From Candidatus Hydrogenedentota bacterium (GTDB lineage: Bacteria; Hydrogenedentota; Hydrogenedentia; Hydrogenedentales; SLHB01): a DNA stretch of 64,000 nt. A program made the translations under genes and the position numbers. This document shows positions 10,301 to 21,748 of this stretch, piece after piece (position 1 is the first letter of the stretch; each line of letters opens with the position of its first letter). The stretch is from contig JACRLJ010000056.1 in the NCBI GenBank assembly GCA_016215105.1, positions 2,698 through 66,697 on the forward strand, given 5' to 3'. The notes beneath the pieces were generated by a model. The model had not been told where the DNA came from and searched no databases. It saw nothing but the letters and a program-made list of their open reading frames with translations.

Positions 10301-11910
10301 CGATGATTCAATTGCGGACCTGTCGCTGAATCCTCTGGGCGGACTCGGGACGGGCGACGGCAGCTTTATCGGGCCGGTCTACATGCTGGATCGAACGCCT
10401 CCGGATGTGTCGTTGAGTTCGCTCGCTTCCGAGACTACGCGGGTTTCACCCATTCCTGTGACGGTGGCGTTCACGGAACCCGTGACCGATTTCACCGGCG
10501 CGAATGTTAGCGTGACAAACGCGACCGTCAGCAATTTCAGCGGCTCGGGCGCCAACTACACGTTTGACCTGGTTCCCTCCGGTCAAGGAACCGTAAGCGC
10601 GGACATTCCGGCGGGCGTGTCACACGATTTGGCCGGCAATGGAAATACGGCGGCAGCGACGCTTTCGCGCACATACGACAGTGTCGCGCCGACGGTTTCG
10701 GTCGTATCCGCCACGCTGGACCCGACGAATCTCTCGCCCGTACCCGTAATTGTGACGTTTAGCGAACCCGTGACCGGGTTCACTCTGACCGATCTTATCG
10801 TCTCCAACGCGACCGCGAGCAATTTTTCCGGGTCGAACGCGAATTACGTCTTTGATCTGGTTCCAACGACCGCGGGGCCTGTCAGTGTGAGTATCAGCGC
10901 GGGCGCCGCAAACGACGCGGCGGGCAATCTGAGTGTCGCCGCGGCGCTGTTCACGCGAACGTATGACCCGTCTCCGGTAACAGGATCACTGGCAGGAGTG
11001 GTTCAGGATTTTGTCACCGGCGCGCGGCTGGGATGCGCGGCCATCCGCGTTTATTCCGCAGGGGCCAGCGAAGAACGAATCGTTACCGTGGACCTGAACG
11101 GGGCGTATCAGGTGTCGAACCTTCCCGTGGGCGACTACACCGTCGAGTCGTTCGCGCCAGGATATGTGGATGCGGTTGCGACGGCCGCAATCTTGCAGGG
11201 CGCGCAACGCACCGTGAATTTCGGGCTGCACACGGGCACGGATTCAGGTGGTGTACGCGGCGTCGTGACGGATGCCGCCACGCATCTGCCGTTGCTCGGT
11301 GTCCGCGTGGACGCCGTGATTGGCGGAACCGTCGTGGCAACAACGTACAGTTGCGCGGACGGCAACTACGAATTGACGAACCTGGTTGCGAAGTCGGACA
11401 CGACAGTGACCGTCGAGTGCTCCGATCCCAACTATCAGACCACGTCGCAGGACACGCAAGTCTCCTCGGGTACGACATCCACAGTCCGTCATCACGAACA
11501 CCGCAAACGGAAATCCGCTCGAAGGCGCGCGCGTAGCGTTGAGCGGAGGAGCGAGTCCGTCGGTGACGTCGGATCACTCCGGAGTCTACGAGTTCCCGGC
11601 TCTCCCCGAGGGGACGTACACGGTGGATGCCAGCGCGACAGGGTATGAGGGCCAAATCCAGGTAGCCGCAGTGGCGGCCTTTGGGGTAACCGTCGCGGAT
11701 TTTGAATTGACGCCCGGAGTTGTTGCGCCTACGCTGGAAGACATCGACGGGAGCGGCGACGTCAATGCGGTGGACGTCCAATTGGTAATCAATAAGGCGC
11801 TGGGGTACTCGATTTCCGGGGACGCGGACGTAAATCGGAGTGGCGGAGTAGACGCAGTTGATATACAACTTGTAATCAATGCGGCGCTCGCGAAGAAGTC
11901 AACTCGCTGA
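7395..11910 (+). CDS. Large secreted protein: parallel beta-helix (NxISGN) repeats, Ig-like domains, carboxypeptidase-regulatory-like domains, C-terminal dockerin-like motif; frameshifted near 11485
   Basis: FTVNNLGDSGTGSLRSAI start, repeated GNxIG/NVISGN, VTFTEPVTG Ig folds. After ~11485 the sensible frame switches to VITNTANGNPLEGARVALSGG... and ends EDIDGSGDVNAVDVQLVINKALG...DVNRSGGVDAVDIQLVINAAL. Confidence 0.82.
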
Positions 11911-11951
11911 CGGGACTGACGCGGCCATGCCGCCTCACGGAGAAACTCACC

Positions 11952-12980
11952 ATGAAGGACGGAAAGATATCGCGCCGCGATTTCCTGCGTGCTGGCGCTC
12001 TTGGAGCGACTCTCGTAGCCGCGGGAGGCTGCTTCAGCCTGCAGGGCAACGCGCATCCCTATCACCCCCTGCCCTACGCCGCGCGCCTTCAGGTCAAGCA
12101 TCCGTCCCAATTCCGGATTCTTCAGTTGACCGACATCCACTTCGAGCCCGACACGGACCCGGTCAAGCACTTGGAGAATAAACGCAGCGAAACCATGATC
12201 GCCGCCCTCATAACTCAAGCCAAGCCCGACCTCGTCATGGTGACCGGAGACTCCTGGGTGGGAAATCAGAAACTCGGAGGAGAAGATCGCATGCGCGAGG
12301 CCGTTGCCAGGTTTGTCGCATTGGGCACGCCATGGGCCTATGCTTGGGGAAATCACGATCGATTGATTGACAATGCCCAGGGACACAAGGAGCTCACGGA
12401 AGCGAAGAATTCCCTATATCGGGGAGCGGAAACTGGCGGCAATTATGTCATCGATATCGTCAATACCCGCGAGGATCGCGTTTGCCAGTTAGTTTGTCTG
12501 AACTCCGAGTGCGACGGACTCGGCGCCTCCCAACAGGCATGGATGAAGACTCTCGCCGATGATACCGCCAAGGCCGGCCGTCCCCAGCCTCTGCGCGTTG
12601 CATTCTTCCACATTCCCATCAAACAATACGCCGAGATATGGGACAAGCATGCGGCTTCCGGGCTCAAGGGCGAGAATTGCTGCATCGAAAAGGAAGACGG
12701 TAGTTCTCTGGCATACTTGAAGATGTTGGGCGTGCGAGCCTGTTTCTGCGGCCACGACCATGTAAACAACTATTCGGGCATCAGCGACGGCGTGGAACTG
12801 GTCTATGGACGCGCCAGCGGCGTCGGAGGCTATGGCGGAGACCGCGTACCGAAAGGCGGCACGCTCATCACCATCAATTGCAGGACCGGCCGATACGACT
12901 GGGCCGCGCTCCTACCCAATCAACCCGTGTGGCGCCCAAAACCTGGTGAACAAATAACCATCCCGGAACCCAAGAAGTGA
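11952..12980 (+). CDS. Tat-exported calcineurin-like metallophosphoesterase
   Basis: SRRDFLR Tat motif; DIH, TGD, GNHD, FFHIP, GHDH metal-binding motifs. Confidence 0.88.
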   Translation: MKDGKISRRDFLRAGALGATLVAAGGCFSLQGNAHPYHPLPYAARLQVKHPSQFRILQLTDIHFEPDTDPVKHLENKRSETMIAALITQAKPDLVMVTGDSWVGNQKLGGEDRMREAVARFVALGTPWAYAWGNHDRLIDNAQGHKELTEAKNSLYRGAETGGNYVIDIVNTREDRVCQLVCLNSECDGLGASQQAWMKTLADDTAKAGRPQPLRVAFFHIPIKQYAEIWDKHAASGLKGENCCIEKEDGSSLAYLKMLGVRACFCGHDHVNNYSGISDGVELVYGRASGVGGYGGDRVPKGGTLITINCRTGRYDWAALLPNQPVWRPKPGEQITIPEPKK

Positions 12981-13042
12981 GGCCGGTACTTTCTGGATTC
13001 GCATCACGCTTCCGGAGCGGGCCGCGGCGCTCCTTGTCCTTC

Positions 13043-15337
13043 CTAGTGTAGTGGGACAAATTCGAAGCAGCGGACGCCTTCAGCAGGAATCTGCACAATG
13101 TGCGGCGCCACCCAGTCCTTGATTCTTCCGAGCTCACTCTTGTTGGCGTCGTCCCACTCGTAGACCTGGCCGTCTTGGGGTAGATCAACGGCAAGTTGTC
13201 GCGTATCTAGTGTCAGTTCCATCGGAGTTGTCGAGATGCTCGCGATAATAATTGATACGCACCCATCGGCGGCGCGCCATGCCGAGGCCAGCGCCATGGG
13301 GACGTTCTTGGAGTATTCCTTGAGATGGTCCTGCTGACCGGCATAAATGGAAAGGCGTGAGATTGGGATTTCGCTCGTGGGTGCGCCGATAATCTGCGGA
13401 CGCAGGAATACGCCGCTCAGCAGGTATTTCTTCCACAGCAGCCGCAGCCGCGCGAGTTTGAGAACGTATGCAATTTCCTGCGGACGCTCTGTGAGTTGTT
13501 CGGGCCGGAAATTGGCCAACGCGGGCTGTTGTCCCCAGATAAACGCGCGGGCCTGTTCAAGACGAAATTGAGTCGAAAACCGCTGATCGAGCAAAGCAAG
13601 GGGTTGGGATGGCGCATACTCGGCCGGCCACAGTTCGTCGTATGGAGGCATCGTCAGCGACGAGTAATTGCCGAACTGCACTGCGGCGTCATGATAGACG
13701 GCTTGGAAGAGCGGAAGGGGTTCCCAATCTCCGGGCGCCGCGTAGCGTTCCATGCTTACTTGCAGGCTCAGCATGAGATCCAGGCTCGGCAACCAGGCTT
13801 CACCACAGCCTTCGCCCGCGAGAACGGGGACATCGCTGGCGCACCGCGCGCGTATATCCGCCTCGAGCGAACGGAATCCCTCGATCCAATAGCTGCCGCC
13901 ACCCAAGGCGTGACCATGGGTGGTGTCGTAGCACGGAAGACTCGCGCAGGCTTGATCCATATATACACCGTCCACACCAAAGTCATGCACGGCGCGAGTG
14001 GCCAGGCCCGCGTACTTATCGCGCCAGAACTGCGTTCCGATGCACATGGGCGCGCACGGCGCCTTCGTGAACACGTTGTAGACTTCGGCGAGCGGTCTGC
14101 CGTCCTCGCTTTTTACGGCAAAGCGTTCGGCGCCTTCGTCTTTCCAACTCTTCATGGTCATTCCCCATAACCGCTGGTTCATGTAAACAATGTTGTGTAT
14201 GCCCTGCTGCCGGGCTGAAGCGACGGCCGTACGAAACTGCGTCTCGCCTTCGCGCGGCGGAAAGTACTCGGGGAATCCGGTGTCGTACGCGCAACCGTGC
14301 CACCAGTGCCAGAACACGCTGACCGGCTTGCCCAACGCGCGCTGAAGTTCGATCGCGGGAAGGAGTACACCAACTGAAGGCCCGCGGTTCCATTCCCACA
14401 ACGCGGTGCTCAGAACCCAGTCCGGGACGAGGCCGCGCTTGAGCCGGCTCTCCTTGACCCAGGACTGCCGGTCAGCCCACGTACGGTACATCGCAGTGGC
14501 GGTGTACCAATCCCCTCGAAATCCTCCGATCACGACGTCATACGACATCGCGTAGGAATGGAGTTCAGGGCAAAGTTCGGGTTGGTGGACGACCTCCAAT
14601 CCGATGCTGCCATCATCACCCCCGAATACCGCAAAGCGTTTGCTCAAGGCGGCGGTGTCATTCGTTGCAACGTAGATACCGGCGCCGCCGTCCGAATAGA
14701 GCGTTATCCACTGCATCGAGAGTATCCCCGGATACTGCCATTCCACGCGCCGCGGCGTACCTTTGGAATCATGGACCAGTTCGCGCGGCCGAGAGGAACG
14801 TTCACCAATCCAAACCGGTACGGCCAGAACTTCGTGGTCCTGTCTGGTGATGGGGCTGATGCACGGGAAATGGAGGGACTTGATTGACCGGCCGGACAAG
14901 CCTTCAGCGCGTACACGCCACATGCTGAGAGGACTGCCGGGTTCGAGCGTGACGGTCGCGGTTACGCAAAGGCCGGGCAGGCTTGGAAGATCAAACTGCG
15001 ACCACTCCAGTACGAGTGAGGTGTTGCCCGGCCCGGACGGCTGAAATGTGAACGACTTGGCTAATGCCGGAAGAATTGACTGGCCCTTCGGATCAGCGAG
15101 TACGATGTGCCACAGGGCCGCGGCGCTGGGACCTGCGACGAAGTCGTGGCCCAGTTGCTTGTCTACCAGATGCGTGAGACTGCCGTGGTCCGAATCGAAT
15201 GTCAGGAGTACGCGATCGTTCTCGATGGTTTGCCCGGATACACTAACTGCAGCGGCAAGACATAGATTGGCGATCAGCGCCGCAGCGCGGAGCAGGAACG
15301 CACGATGAACAAGCTGCTGCTGCGGTCGAAAGCGCAT
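13043..15337 (-). CDS. Secreted putative glycoside-hydrolase-like protein (DUF6259-like)
   Basis: Signal-like leader, beta-sandwich N-terminus, TIM-barrel-like core with YDTGFPEYFPP, GVDGVYMDQ, LAGEGCGE; family assigned by recognition only. Confidence 0.6.
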   Translation of the reverse strand: MRFRPQQQLVHRAFLLRAAALIANLCLAAAVSVSGQTIENDRVLLTFDSDHGSLTHLVDKQLGHDFVAGPSAAALWHIVLADPKGQSILPALAKSFTFQPSGPGNTSLVLEWSQFDLPSLPGLCVTATVTLEPGSPLSMWRVRAEGLSGRSIKSLHFPCISPITRQDHEVLAVPVWIGERSSRPRELVHDSKGTPRRVEWQYPGILSMQWITLYSDGGAGIYVATNDTAALSKRFAVFGGDDGSIGLEVVHQPELCPELHSYAMSYDVVIGGFRGDWYTATAMYRTWADRQSWVKESRLKRGLVPDWVLSTALWEWNRGPSVGVLLPAIELQRALGKPVSVFWHWWHGCAYDTGFPEYFPPREGETQFRTAVASARQQGIHNIVYMNQRLWGMTMKSWKDEGAERFAVKSEDGRPLAEVYNVFTKAPCAPMCIGTQFWRDKYAGLATRAVHDFGVDGVYMDQACASLPCYDTTHGHALGGGSYWIEGFRSLEADIRARCASDVPVLAGEGCGEAWLPSLDLMLSLQVSMERYAAPGDWEPLPLFQAVYHDAAVQFGNYSSLTMPPYDELWPAEYAPSQPLALLDQRFSTQFRLEQARAFIWGQQPALANFRPEQLTERPQEIAYVLKLARLRLLWKKYLLSGVFLRPQIIGAPTSEIPISRLSIYAGQQDHLKEYSKNVPMALASAWRAADGCVSIIIASISTTPMELTLDTRQLAVDLPQDGQVYEWDDANKSELGRIKDWVAPHIVQIPAEGVRCFEFVPLH

Positions 15338-15621
15338 GAAGTCTTCGCCCTCATCAACGACGTTAGTTTGGGCCATTACATCTCTGGGTGGATAGGTACA
15401 CCGGACCCGCACGTCCCTGAAGCGACAACTGGGCGCACCGTCCGCGAACGACTGTAACAAGACGGGAATTGTGCGTCAACGATCTCGCTCACGCGCCCGC
15501 GGCAAATTCGCGCTTGCCGAGCCCAGGCGCCACGCCATGCGGACGAACTGCAGCCCAGCACAATAGTCGGCGCACGGCCTCCTGTTCCGGGCTATATCCG
15601 CGTGGCCCGGCGGGACTCCAG

Positions 15622-18600
15622 CTAGAAGAGGCCAAGGGCTTGGTTGATCGCGATCTGCACATCGACTGCGTTGACGTTATCCAGCGCGTCATCGTCAACA
15701 TTGGCGTTGATGGGACTGATGTCGATACCCAACGCCCCGTTGATCACCAATTGTACGTCGACCGCGTTGACGCTATTGTCGCCGTTGACATCGCCTCCGG
15801 GCGAAAAGAGCGCAAAGGTCGACAGATGGTACGCATTGAAGCTGACATCGTGATTGACGGGATTGTAGTACACGCTGGAGATGCCGTCCTCGTGCCAGCG
15901 TTGGTCGTTGGGGTTGTAGTAAGCCACCTTGACGAGCGGAGTACTGGTTGGCGCAACGTAGTGGAACCCGATAATGATGGGCGTGTTGAGAATTATGCCC
16001 GAGGGTTCAACGGTTGCGACGGTGATGATCCTCCAACCGGGAGGCGCTGCGGGGGGATTGGTCTCATAGTCGATGCTGATGGTCGTGTCCTGGGTTAGCG
16101 AACCCGCGTGGACAATAACGAACCCGTTACGCAAGGGCCCGGTGGTGACATCAATTGTGGCACCAGCGTTGGCGGCGACGAATTGGGAGGCGCCTCCGGC
16201 GGGAAGCACCACTTCGACGGTGCGGGAGATCGTGATGGAACTGTTGCCGGCATCGTCTTCGGCGTGGTACTCAACAGTGTAGGTTCCCTCAACGGCGGTA
16301 TTCACGGTCTCTCCGGCGACGATGATCGCCGGGGTACCACCGAGGTTGTCGGTAGCGGAGGCGCCCTGTTCGACGTACGCGGCGCCGACTCCAAGGAGCA
16401 TGTAGGACGGTCCGGCCAAGGCGATGGCGGGCGGCGTCAGGTCAATGACGAGTTCGTTGGTGGTGGCATCGTGCCCGACGTTTCCGGAAATGTCCGTCGC
16501 GGTGAGTATGACGTCGTAGGTCCCTTCTGCAAGCCCGGTGATGTTTCCACTGAATAGGATCCATGCGCCGTCAAAGTCCACGAGTGGCTGCGCATTTTGG
16601 CCAGCGATGGAAATGGTGACGGTGGCGCTGTTGTCGCTAACGTGGCCGGTCAATAGCGGGGAATCATTGCCAGTAATCAGGGCATTGATGGAGACGGTGG
16701 GAGGAGTGTTATCGATCGTGTACTGGGAGTCGCTGGCAGTTGATGCATCGTTACCGCTCTTGCCACACAGCGGAAGCGCAGGCGCGGCTACGCCGACGAT
16801 GGAATCATCGTCGATCAGGGCGAGACTGAGGTGGCCGTCGCCGGTACCGGTGTTCAGTGAGACCGTGTAGGTGTCGCCGCTGCCGGAGACATTGGCCACA
16901 GAGGCGCCGGTAAGGGCCTTCGCGGTGGCGTTTGGCGCAAAATCGGAAGCGTCCACGCCGGTTACGGGAAGTGTGAACACCACCTGGAAATCGACGGTAT
17001 GGGCGTTGGTGGACAAGGGGTCTAGGGCGGTGATGGAGGATATCTCGGGCGCTCCATCCTGCGCTAACCAGACTTCCTGGCCGTGTACACCGTCGTCGGC
17101 AGTGAAGAAAATAGCGCTGCCGAAGGCGGTGAGATTCTCGGGTATGGAGGTATCGTCTCCAGATTTCACGTCTTCAACGAGGCGCGTGCCGGCGGCGGTA
17201 CCGTCGGAGACCCAGAGCTCGCGGCTGGTCTCGCTGGTGATCGCGGTGAAGTAGAGTTTGCCGTTGAGGGCGTGGAGGTCCTGTGGTGTACTGTTGCTGA
17301 TACCCGGAACAATATCTGCCACCCGGACCGTGCCACCGTCCGTGCCGTCACTGACCCACAATTCCTGGTCGGGGGCGGCGTCGGCCGCAGCGAAATAGAG
17401 CAAGCCATTGAACTCGGTCAAGTACTGGGGATCACTGCCGGTGGCGCTCGGGAAAATGTCCTTGACAAGAGACGTGCCGCCGGGCGTCCCATCTGTTCGC
17501 CACAACTCACGTCCGTGAACGCCGTCGTCCGCGCTGAAGTAGACGACTCCGTTTACGACCGTGAACTCTCGTGGTGAACTGCCGAGGGCGCCGCTACGGA
17601 TATCTTTGACTTCGGACGTGCCGGGTTCCGAGCCGTCGGTTTTCCACAGTTCTTCGCCATCGGTTCCGTTGTCGGCGCCAAAAACGGCGATGGAGGCAAG
17701 AGGGGTTATCTCTCTGGGCGAGGAACTGCCTGCGTCGGGCTGGATGTCCCTGACGATCGCAGTTCCACCCGGCGAGCCGTCGGTTTTCCAGAGTTCCGCG
17801 CCTCTTACGCCATCTTCCGCGGAGAAAAGAACGACGGAGCCAAGAACCGCCTGCCAGTTCGCGTTCGAGTCACCGGTGGGATTAATGTCGAGCACGATAT
17901 CTGTGCCCGCTCCCGTTCCGTCGGTCTTCCACCATTCGAGACCGTGGGCCCCGTCGTCGGCGACAAAGAGAAGCAGGCTGCCAAGCACAGTAGGATTGAA
18001 GGGGTTGCCACCGTTGGAGCCGGGACGAATTTCCGCAACGGCGGCCGTGCCGCCTGGGGTCCCGTCGGTTTTCCAGAGTTCGCTTCCGGTACCCGGCCCG
18101 GCGGCGGTAAAATACACCTCGCCCTGGAAGAGGGTGAAATTGGAGGGTGCGGAACTACCGGACCCGGAATTGATGTCAACGAGCATGGACGTCCCGCCAG
18201 TCGTTCCATCGGTGATCCAGAGTTCGCTTCCGTTGGAGCCGTCATCCGCGCGAAAGAGCATGGAGTCGTTGTACACGAACAGGCTGCCAGGCGCCGATCC
18301 GCTGGCGGTAGCGTTGATGTCCTTGACAAGAGTTGTGCCGCCGGATGTGCCGTCCGTTACGTAGAGTTCCCTGCCGATGCCGGGGCCTCCCGCGGCGAAA
18401 AAGACTTTGCCATTGGCGGCAAACAAATCCGTCGGATCGCCCGATTCGATACCGGGAAAAATATCCTCGAGGAGTTTGGTGCCGGCTTCCGTCCCGTCAC
18501 TAACCCACAATTCGTTTCCTTCGGCGTCTGTGTAGGTATTGAACACGCACAACGCGCCAACCGACTCGAATTCGTAGGGGGATGAACTGGCCGCCGCCGG

Positions 18601-19719
18601 GCCGACATTTCTTAACAGAGTGGTCCCGCCTTCAGTCCCGTCGGACACCCATGGCTCGTTGCCGTTTACCCCGTCGCTCGCCGCGAAGAAGAGTCGGCCA
18701 TTGGCGACAGCGAAATCCTGTGGCGATGAGCTTCCGGAGCCACTGTTGATGTCCTTGACCAGCATCGTGCCACCGGGGGATCCGTCCGACCGCCACAATT
18801 CGCGGCCACTGCCGGATTTGTTCGCGCTGAAGTAAAGAACCCCGTCCATCACCGTAAGTTGTGAGGGTGAGGAGTCGCCGGAACCACCTTCGATATTGGC
18901 GACGAGCGTGGTGCCCCCTTCGGACCCGTCGGTCTTCCAAAGTTCGGTACCGTCGGTGGCGGAGCCCTTCGCGGCGAAGTACAGCGTACTGCCAACTACA
19001 GTTAGGTTTTGAGGCGTTGACGACGTTACAAGGGGGAAGATGTCTTTGACGATGTAGGTGCCGCCGGGAGTTCCGTCGCTGCGCCACAGTTCGCGACCGT
19101 GGTCGGGATCCCGTGCTTCAAAGTAACAGATGCCGTTCATGGCGGCGAACGATTGGGCGTTACTGTTCGCCGCGTCGGGGTTAATGTCCTTGAGCAGGAA
19201 CGTTCCGACTTCGGTGCCGTCACTGACCCACGGCTCGACGCCGTGGACGCCGTCGTTTGCGCGAAAGAATACTTTCGATCCGATGGCGATCATGCCTCCA
19301 ATGGCGGAGGACCCCGTGGGGTTGATGTCCTTGACGATGTGGGTTCCCGCTTCGGAACCGTCAGTTACGAAGAGTTCCCCGCCTTCCCCGCCCTCCCCAG
19401 TGGCGCTAAAGAAGACGGCGGCGCCCGCCGCGGTGACTTCGGTAGGCGATCCCGCCGCAAGTCCAGTCCTGAGGTCCTTCACCAAGGTAGTGCCACCAGT
19501 TGTTCCGTCTGATTTCCACAGTTCATTCTGGTGGACGTCGTCGGTGGCCGCGAAATAGACTGAGCCGCCCATCGAGGCCCAATGCCGCGGATCGGAACTG
19601 CTGTTGACTACGCCGATATCCATCAGGAGATTGGTGTGATAGCCGGCATGAGCGTGGAACGGCAAGGCGAATTCAAGAAAAACGAGTAGAAGAAGCGGGC
19701 AATAGAATGGTCGTGTCAT
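15622..19719 (-). CDS. ELWxxDGT-repeat surface protein with Ig-like/DUF5011-like domains and C-terminal dockerin-like motif
   Basis: About 17 (R/E)ELWxSDGT repeats; YVEQGASATD domain; GDVNGDNSVNAVDVQLVINGALG tail; GGAGGTG RBS upstream of ATG 19719. Confidence 0.88.
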   Translation of the reverse strand: MTRPFYCPLLLLVFLEFALPFHAHAGYHTNLLMDIGVVNSSSDPRHWASMGGSVYFAATDDVHQNELWKSDGTTGGTTLVKDLRTGLAAGSPTEVTAAGAAVFFSATGEGGEGGELFVTDGSEAGTHIVKDINPTGSSAIGGMIAIGSKVFFRANDGVHGVEPWVSDGTEVGTFLLKDINPDAANSNAQSFAAMNGICYFEARDPDHGRELWRSDGTPGGTYIVKDIFPLVTSSTPQNLTVVGSTLYFAAKGSATDGTELWKTDGSEGGTTLVANIEGGSGDSSPSQLTVMDGVLYFSANKSGSGRELWRSDGSPGGTMLVKDINSGSGSSSPQDFAVANGRLFFAASDGVNGNEPWVSDGTEGGTTLLRNVGPAAASSSPYEFESVGALCVFNTYTDAEGNELWVSDGTEAGTKLLEDIFPGIESGDPTDLFAANGKVFFAAGGPGIGRELYVTDGTSGGTTLVKDINATASGSAPGSLFVYNDSMLFRADDGSNGSELWITDGTTGGTSMLVDINSGSGSSAPSNFTLFQGEVYFTAAGPGTGSELWKTDGTPGGTAAVAEIRPGSNGGNPFNPTVLGSLLLFVADDGAHGLEWWKTDGTGAGTDIVLDINPTGDSNANWQAVLGSVVLFSAEDGVRGAELWKTDGSPGGTAIVRDIQPDAGSSSPREITPLASIAVFGADNGTDGEELWKTDGSEPGTSEVKDIRSGALGSSPREFTVVNGVVYFSADDGVHGRELWRTDGTPGGTSLVKDIFPSATGSDPQYLTEFNGLLYFAAADAAPDQELWVSDGTDGGTVRVADIVPGISNSTPQDLHALNGKLYFTAITSETSRELWVSDGTAAGTRLVEDVKSGDDTSIPENLTAFGSAIFFTADDGVHGQEVWLAQDGAPEISSITALDPLSTNAHTVDFQVVFTLPVTGVDASDFAPNATAKALTGASVANVSGSGDTYTVSLNTGTGDGHLSLALIDDDSIVGVAAPALPLCGKSGNDASTASDSQYTIDNTPPTVSINALITGNDSPLLTGHVSDNSATVTISIAGQNAQPLVDFDGAWILFSGNITGLAEGTYDVILTATDISGNVGHDATTNELVIDLTPPAIALAGPSYMLLGVGAAYVEQGASATDNLGGTPAIIVAGETVNTAVEGTYTVEYHAEDDAGNSSITISRTVEVVLPAGGASQFVAANAGATIDVTTGPLRNGFVIVHAGSLTQDTTISIDYETNPPAAPPGWRIITVATVEPSGIILNTPIIIGFHYVAPTSTPLVKVAYYNPNDQRWHEDGISSVYYNPVNHDVSFNAYHLSTFALFSPGGDVNGDNSVNAVDVQLVINGALGIDISPINANVDDDALDNVNAVDVQIAINQALGLF

Positions 19720-19790
19720 CGAGCGAACACCTCCCAAGAATAAGCGGTACCGCCGCACCGCCTGTATCTGCCACAGATACCCTCGGGGCA

Positions 19791-19819
19791 ATCATAGACA
19801 TGGATGGGCTAGGTGTCAA
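19791..19819 (-). promoter_or_regulatory. sigma70 promoter for the ELWxxDGT gene (TTGACA-17-TATGAT)
   Basis: Minus strand TTGACA cctagcccatccatgtc TATGAT. Confidence 0.7.
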
Positions 19820-19892
19820 TATGCGATGCGGAATCGGTCTCGCGGCGTCCTGCGCGCAACGAGATGCGAGCCGCGAAGGTAGACTCTGATAG

Positions 19893-21161
19893 CTAGAGTT
19901 TCACGACGCGGCACGTGGCCGGCGCCTTCTGGCCTTTGAGGGCGTTACGGGCATCGAAGATGAGCTTGGCTTGGGCGAGGATGGGCTTGAAGTCGAAGGC
20001 AGCGTGATCGGTAATAACAACGACGCAATCGAACTGGCCGACGCCCTTGGCTAGGTCGTAGTTTGATAGGGTCTGATTGAGCACGTGCAGCGAAGGGACG
20101 TACGGATCGGCGTAGTCGATGATGGCGCCCCGTTTATGTAGGAGACCGATGATATCCAGCGCGGGGGACTCGCGGACGTCGCTGACGTCACGTTTGTAGG
20201 CGACGCCCATGATGAGAATCTTGCTGCCTTTGACGCTCTTGCGGTCGTCGTTTAGCGCGTCGTTGATCTTGCTGACAACGTGTTCGGGCATTTTCGAGTT
20301 AATGTTGGTAGCCAACTCGATGAAGCGCGCCGTGTAATTGTAGGACTTGAGCTTCCATGAAAGGTAAAGCGGGTCGATAGGGATGCAGTGCCCGCCAAGA
20401 CCGGGTCCGGGAAAAAAGGGCATGAAGCCGAATGGTTTTGTCTTCGCGGCTTCGATCACTTCCCAAACGTCGATACTGAGGTGATCGCACATGATGGCCA
20501 GTTCGTTCGCGAGCCCGATATTGATGGCGCGGAACGTATTTTCCAGAAGCTTGACCATTTCGGCCGCGCTGGCGCTCGACACGGGCACCAGGGTATCCAC
20601 GGCGTGCTTGTACAGCGCCACGGCCTTTTCGGTGCAGAGCGGTGTGACGCCACCGATAACCTTCGGTGTATTGCGTGTGTTGAATTTCTGGTTGCCGGGG
20701 TCGACGCGTTCGGGCGAGAACGCCAAGAAGAAGTCCTCGCCAACCTTCAGACCCGTTTCAGCTAACCGTGGCAGCACCAACTCGTCAGTTGTGCCCGGGT
20801 AGGTGGTGCTTTCGAGCACCACGAGCATGCCCTTGTGCAGGTACTTCTGAATCTCCGTAACCGCGGACACGATGAACGATATGTCAGGGTCCATGGTCTT
20901 GGTGAGTGGCGTGGGCACGCAAATACAAACAGCGTCGGACTGAAGCAGTACCGAAAAGTCGGACGTTGCGGAGAGCTGTCCCTTGGCGACAAGCTCCTTG
21001 ACATGGGCGGATGGGACATCGAGAACGTACGACACGCCAGAGTTTATGTCATTCACCTTGCTCTCGGTGAGATCGATACCGACGACCTTGAGCCCTGCTT
21101 TGGCGAATTCGACGCTAAGCGGAAGGCCTACGTAGCCGAGTCCAATTACTGCAATCTGCAT
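19893..21161 (-). CDS. UDP-N-acetylhexosamine 6-dehydrogenase (WbpA/TviB/WecC family nucleotide-sugar dehydrogenase)
   Basis: IGLGYVGLP, CVPTP, ESTTYPGTT, SPERVDPGN, KLLENTFR, PGPGLGGHCIPIDP, RESPA. Confidence 0.92.
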   Translation of the reverse strand: MQIAVIGLGYVGLPLSVEFAKAGLKVVGIDLTESKVNDINSGVSYVLDVPSAHVKELVAKGQLSATSDFSVLLQSDAVCICVPTPLTKTMDPDISFIVSAVTEIQKYLHKGMLVVLESTTYPGTTDELVLPRLAETGLKVGEDFFLAFSPERVDPGNQKFNTRNTPKVIGGVTPLCTEKAVALYKHAVDTLVPVSSASAAEMVKLLENTFRAINIGLANELAIMCDHLSIDVWEVIEAAKTKPFGFMPFFPGPGLGGHCIPIDPLYLSWKLKSYNYTARFIELATNINSKMPEHVVSKINDALNDDRKSVKGSKILIMGVAYKRDVSDVRESPALDIIGLLHKRGAIIDYADPYVPSLHVLNQTLSNYDLAKGVGQFDCVVVITDHAAFDFKPILAQAKLIFDARNALKGQKAPATCRVVKL

Positions 21162-21222
21162 GACATCCTCCTGAGGCGGCGGGGCGCCGTGCCGCGTCGC
21201 GCGTCCAGTGTGTAAACCGGCG

Positions 21223-21618
21223 CTATGAGACTATCGCGTCTGCTTCAATCTCGATCAGAATCTCGGGGCCGATCAGCCGGCGCACTTCGACCATCGTGGT
21301 CGCGGGGCAAATCGCGCCGAAGACCTCGCCGTGCGCCTTGCCAATCTCTTCCCAGTCGTCGATGTTGATACAGAAAATGCGGGTCCGTACCACGTCTTCC
21401 AGCGATGCGCCCGCGCGCTCGAGCGCGGTATTGATGTTCTTGAGCGCCTGTACCGTCTGTTGATAGGAGTCACCTATTCCGACGATAGCGCCATCGGGAC
21501 CGGTCGCGGTGGTGCCGGACACGGCGATGTGCGCGCCGATACGTACCGCGCGCGAGTAGCCGATGATGGGTTCCCATTTGGAGCCTGTGGAAATGTTGTT
21601 GCGTTGTTGTTCAGTCAT
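21223..21618 (-). CDS. RidA/YjgF-family protein
   Basis: [30 protein letters not shown]. Confidence 0.88.
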   Translation of the reverse strand: MTEQQRNNISTGSKWEPIIGYSRAVRIGAHIAVSGTTATGPDGAIVGIGDSYQQTVQALKNINTALERAGASLEDVVRTRIFCINIDDWEEIGKAHGEVFGAICPATTMVEVRRLIGPEILIEIEADAIVS

Positions 21619-21748
21619 AATTTGATTGCCTTCATTCGTCAACACCCCGGAATTGGGCCTGCAAATCATTTGTTGGCGCGTAAGACTAACAGCAGGTGTA
21701 AGGTGATTCAAATTCGCGGAATTGGCCAAGTGATTCGCCGCCGGGGCG

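Noticed and set aside
17083..19558. Long antisense ORFs opposite the ELWxxDGT gene (and similar ones throughout the window)
   Set aside because: Shadow ORFs expected from high-GC codon bias
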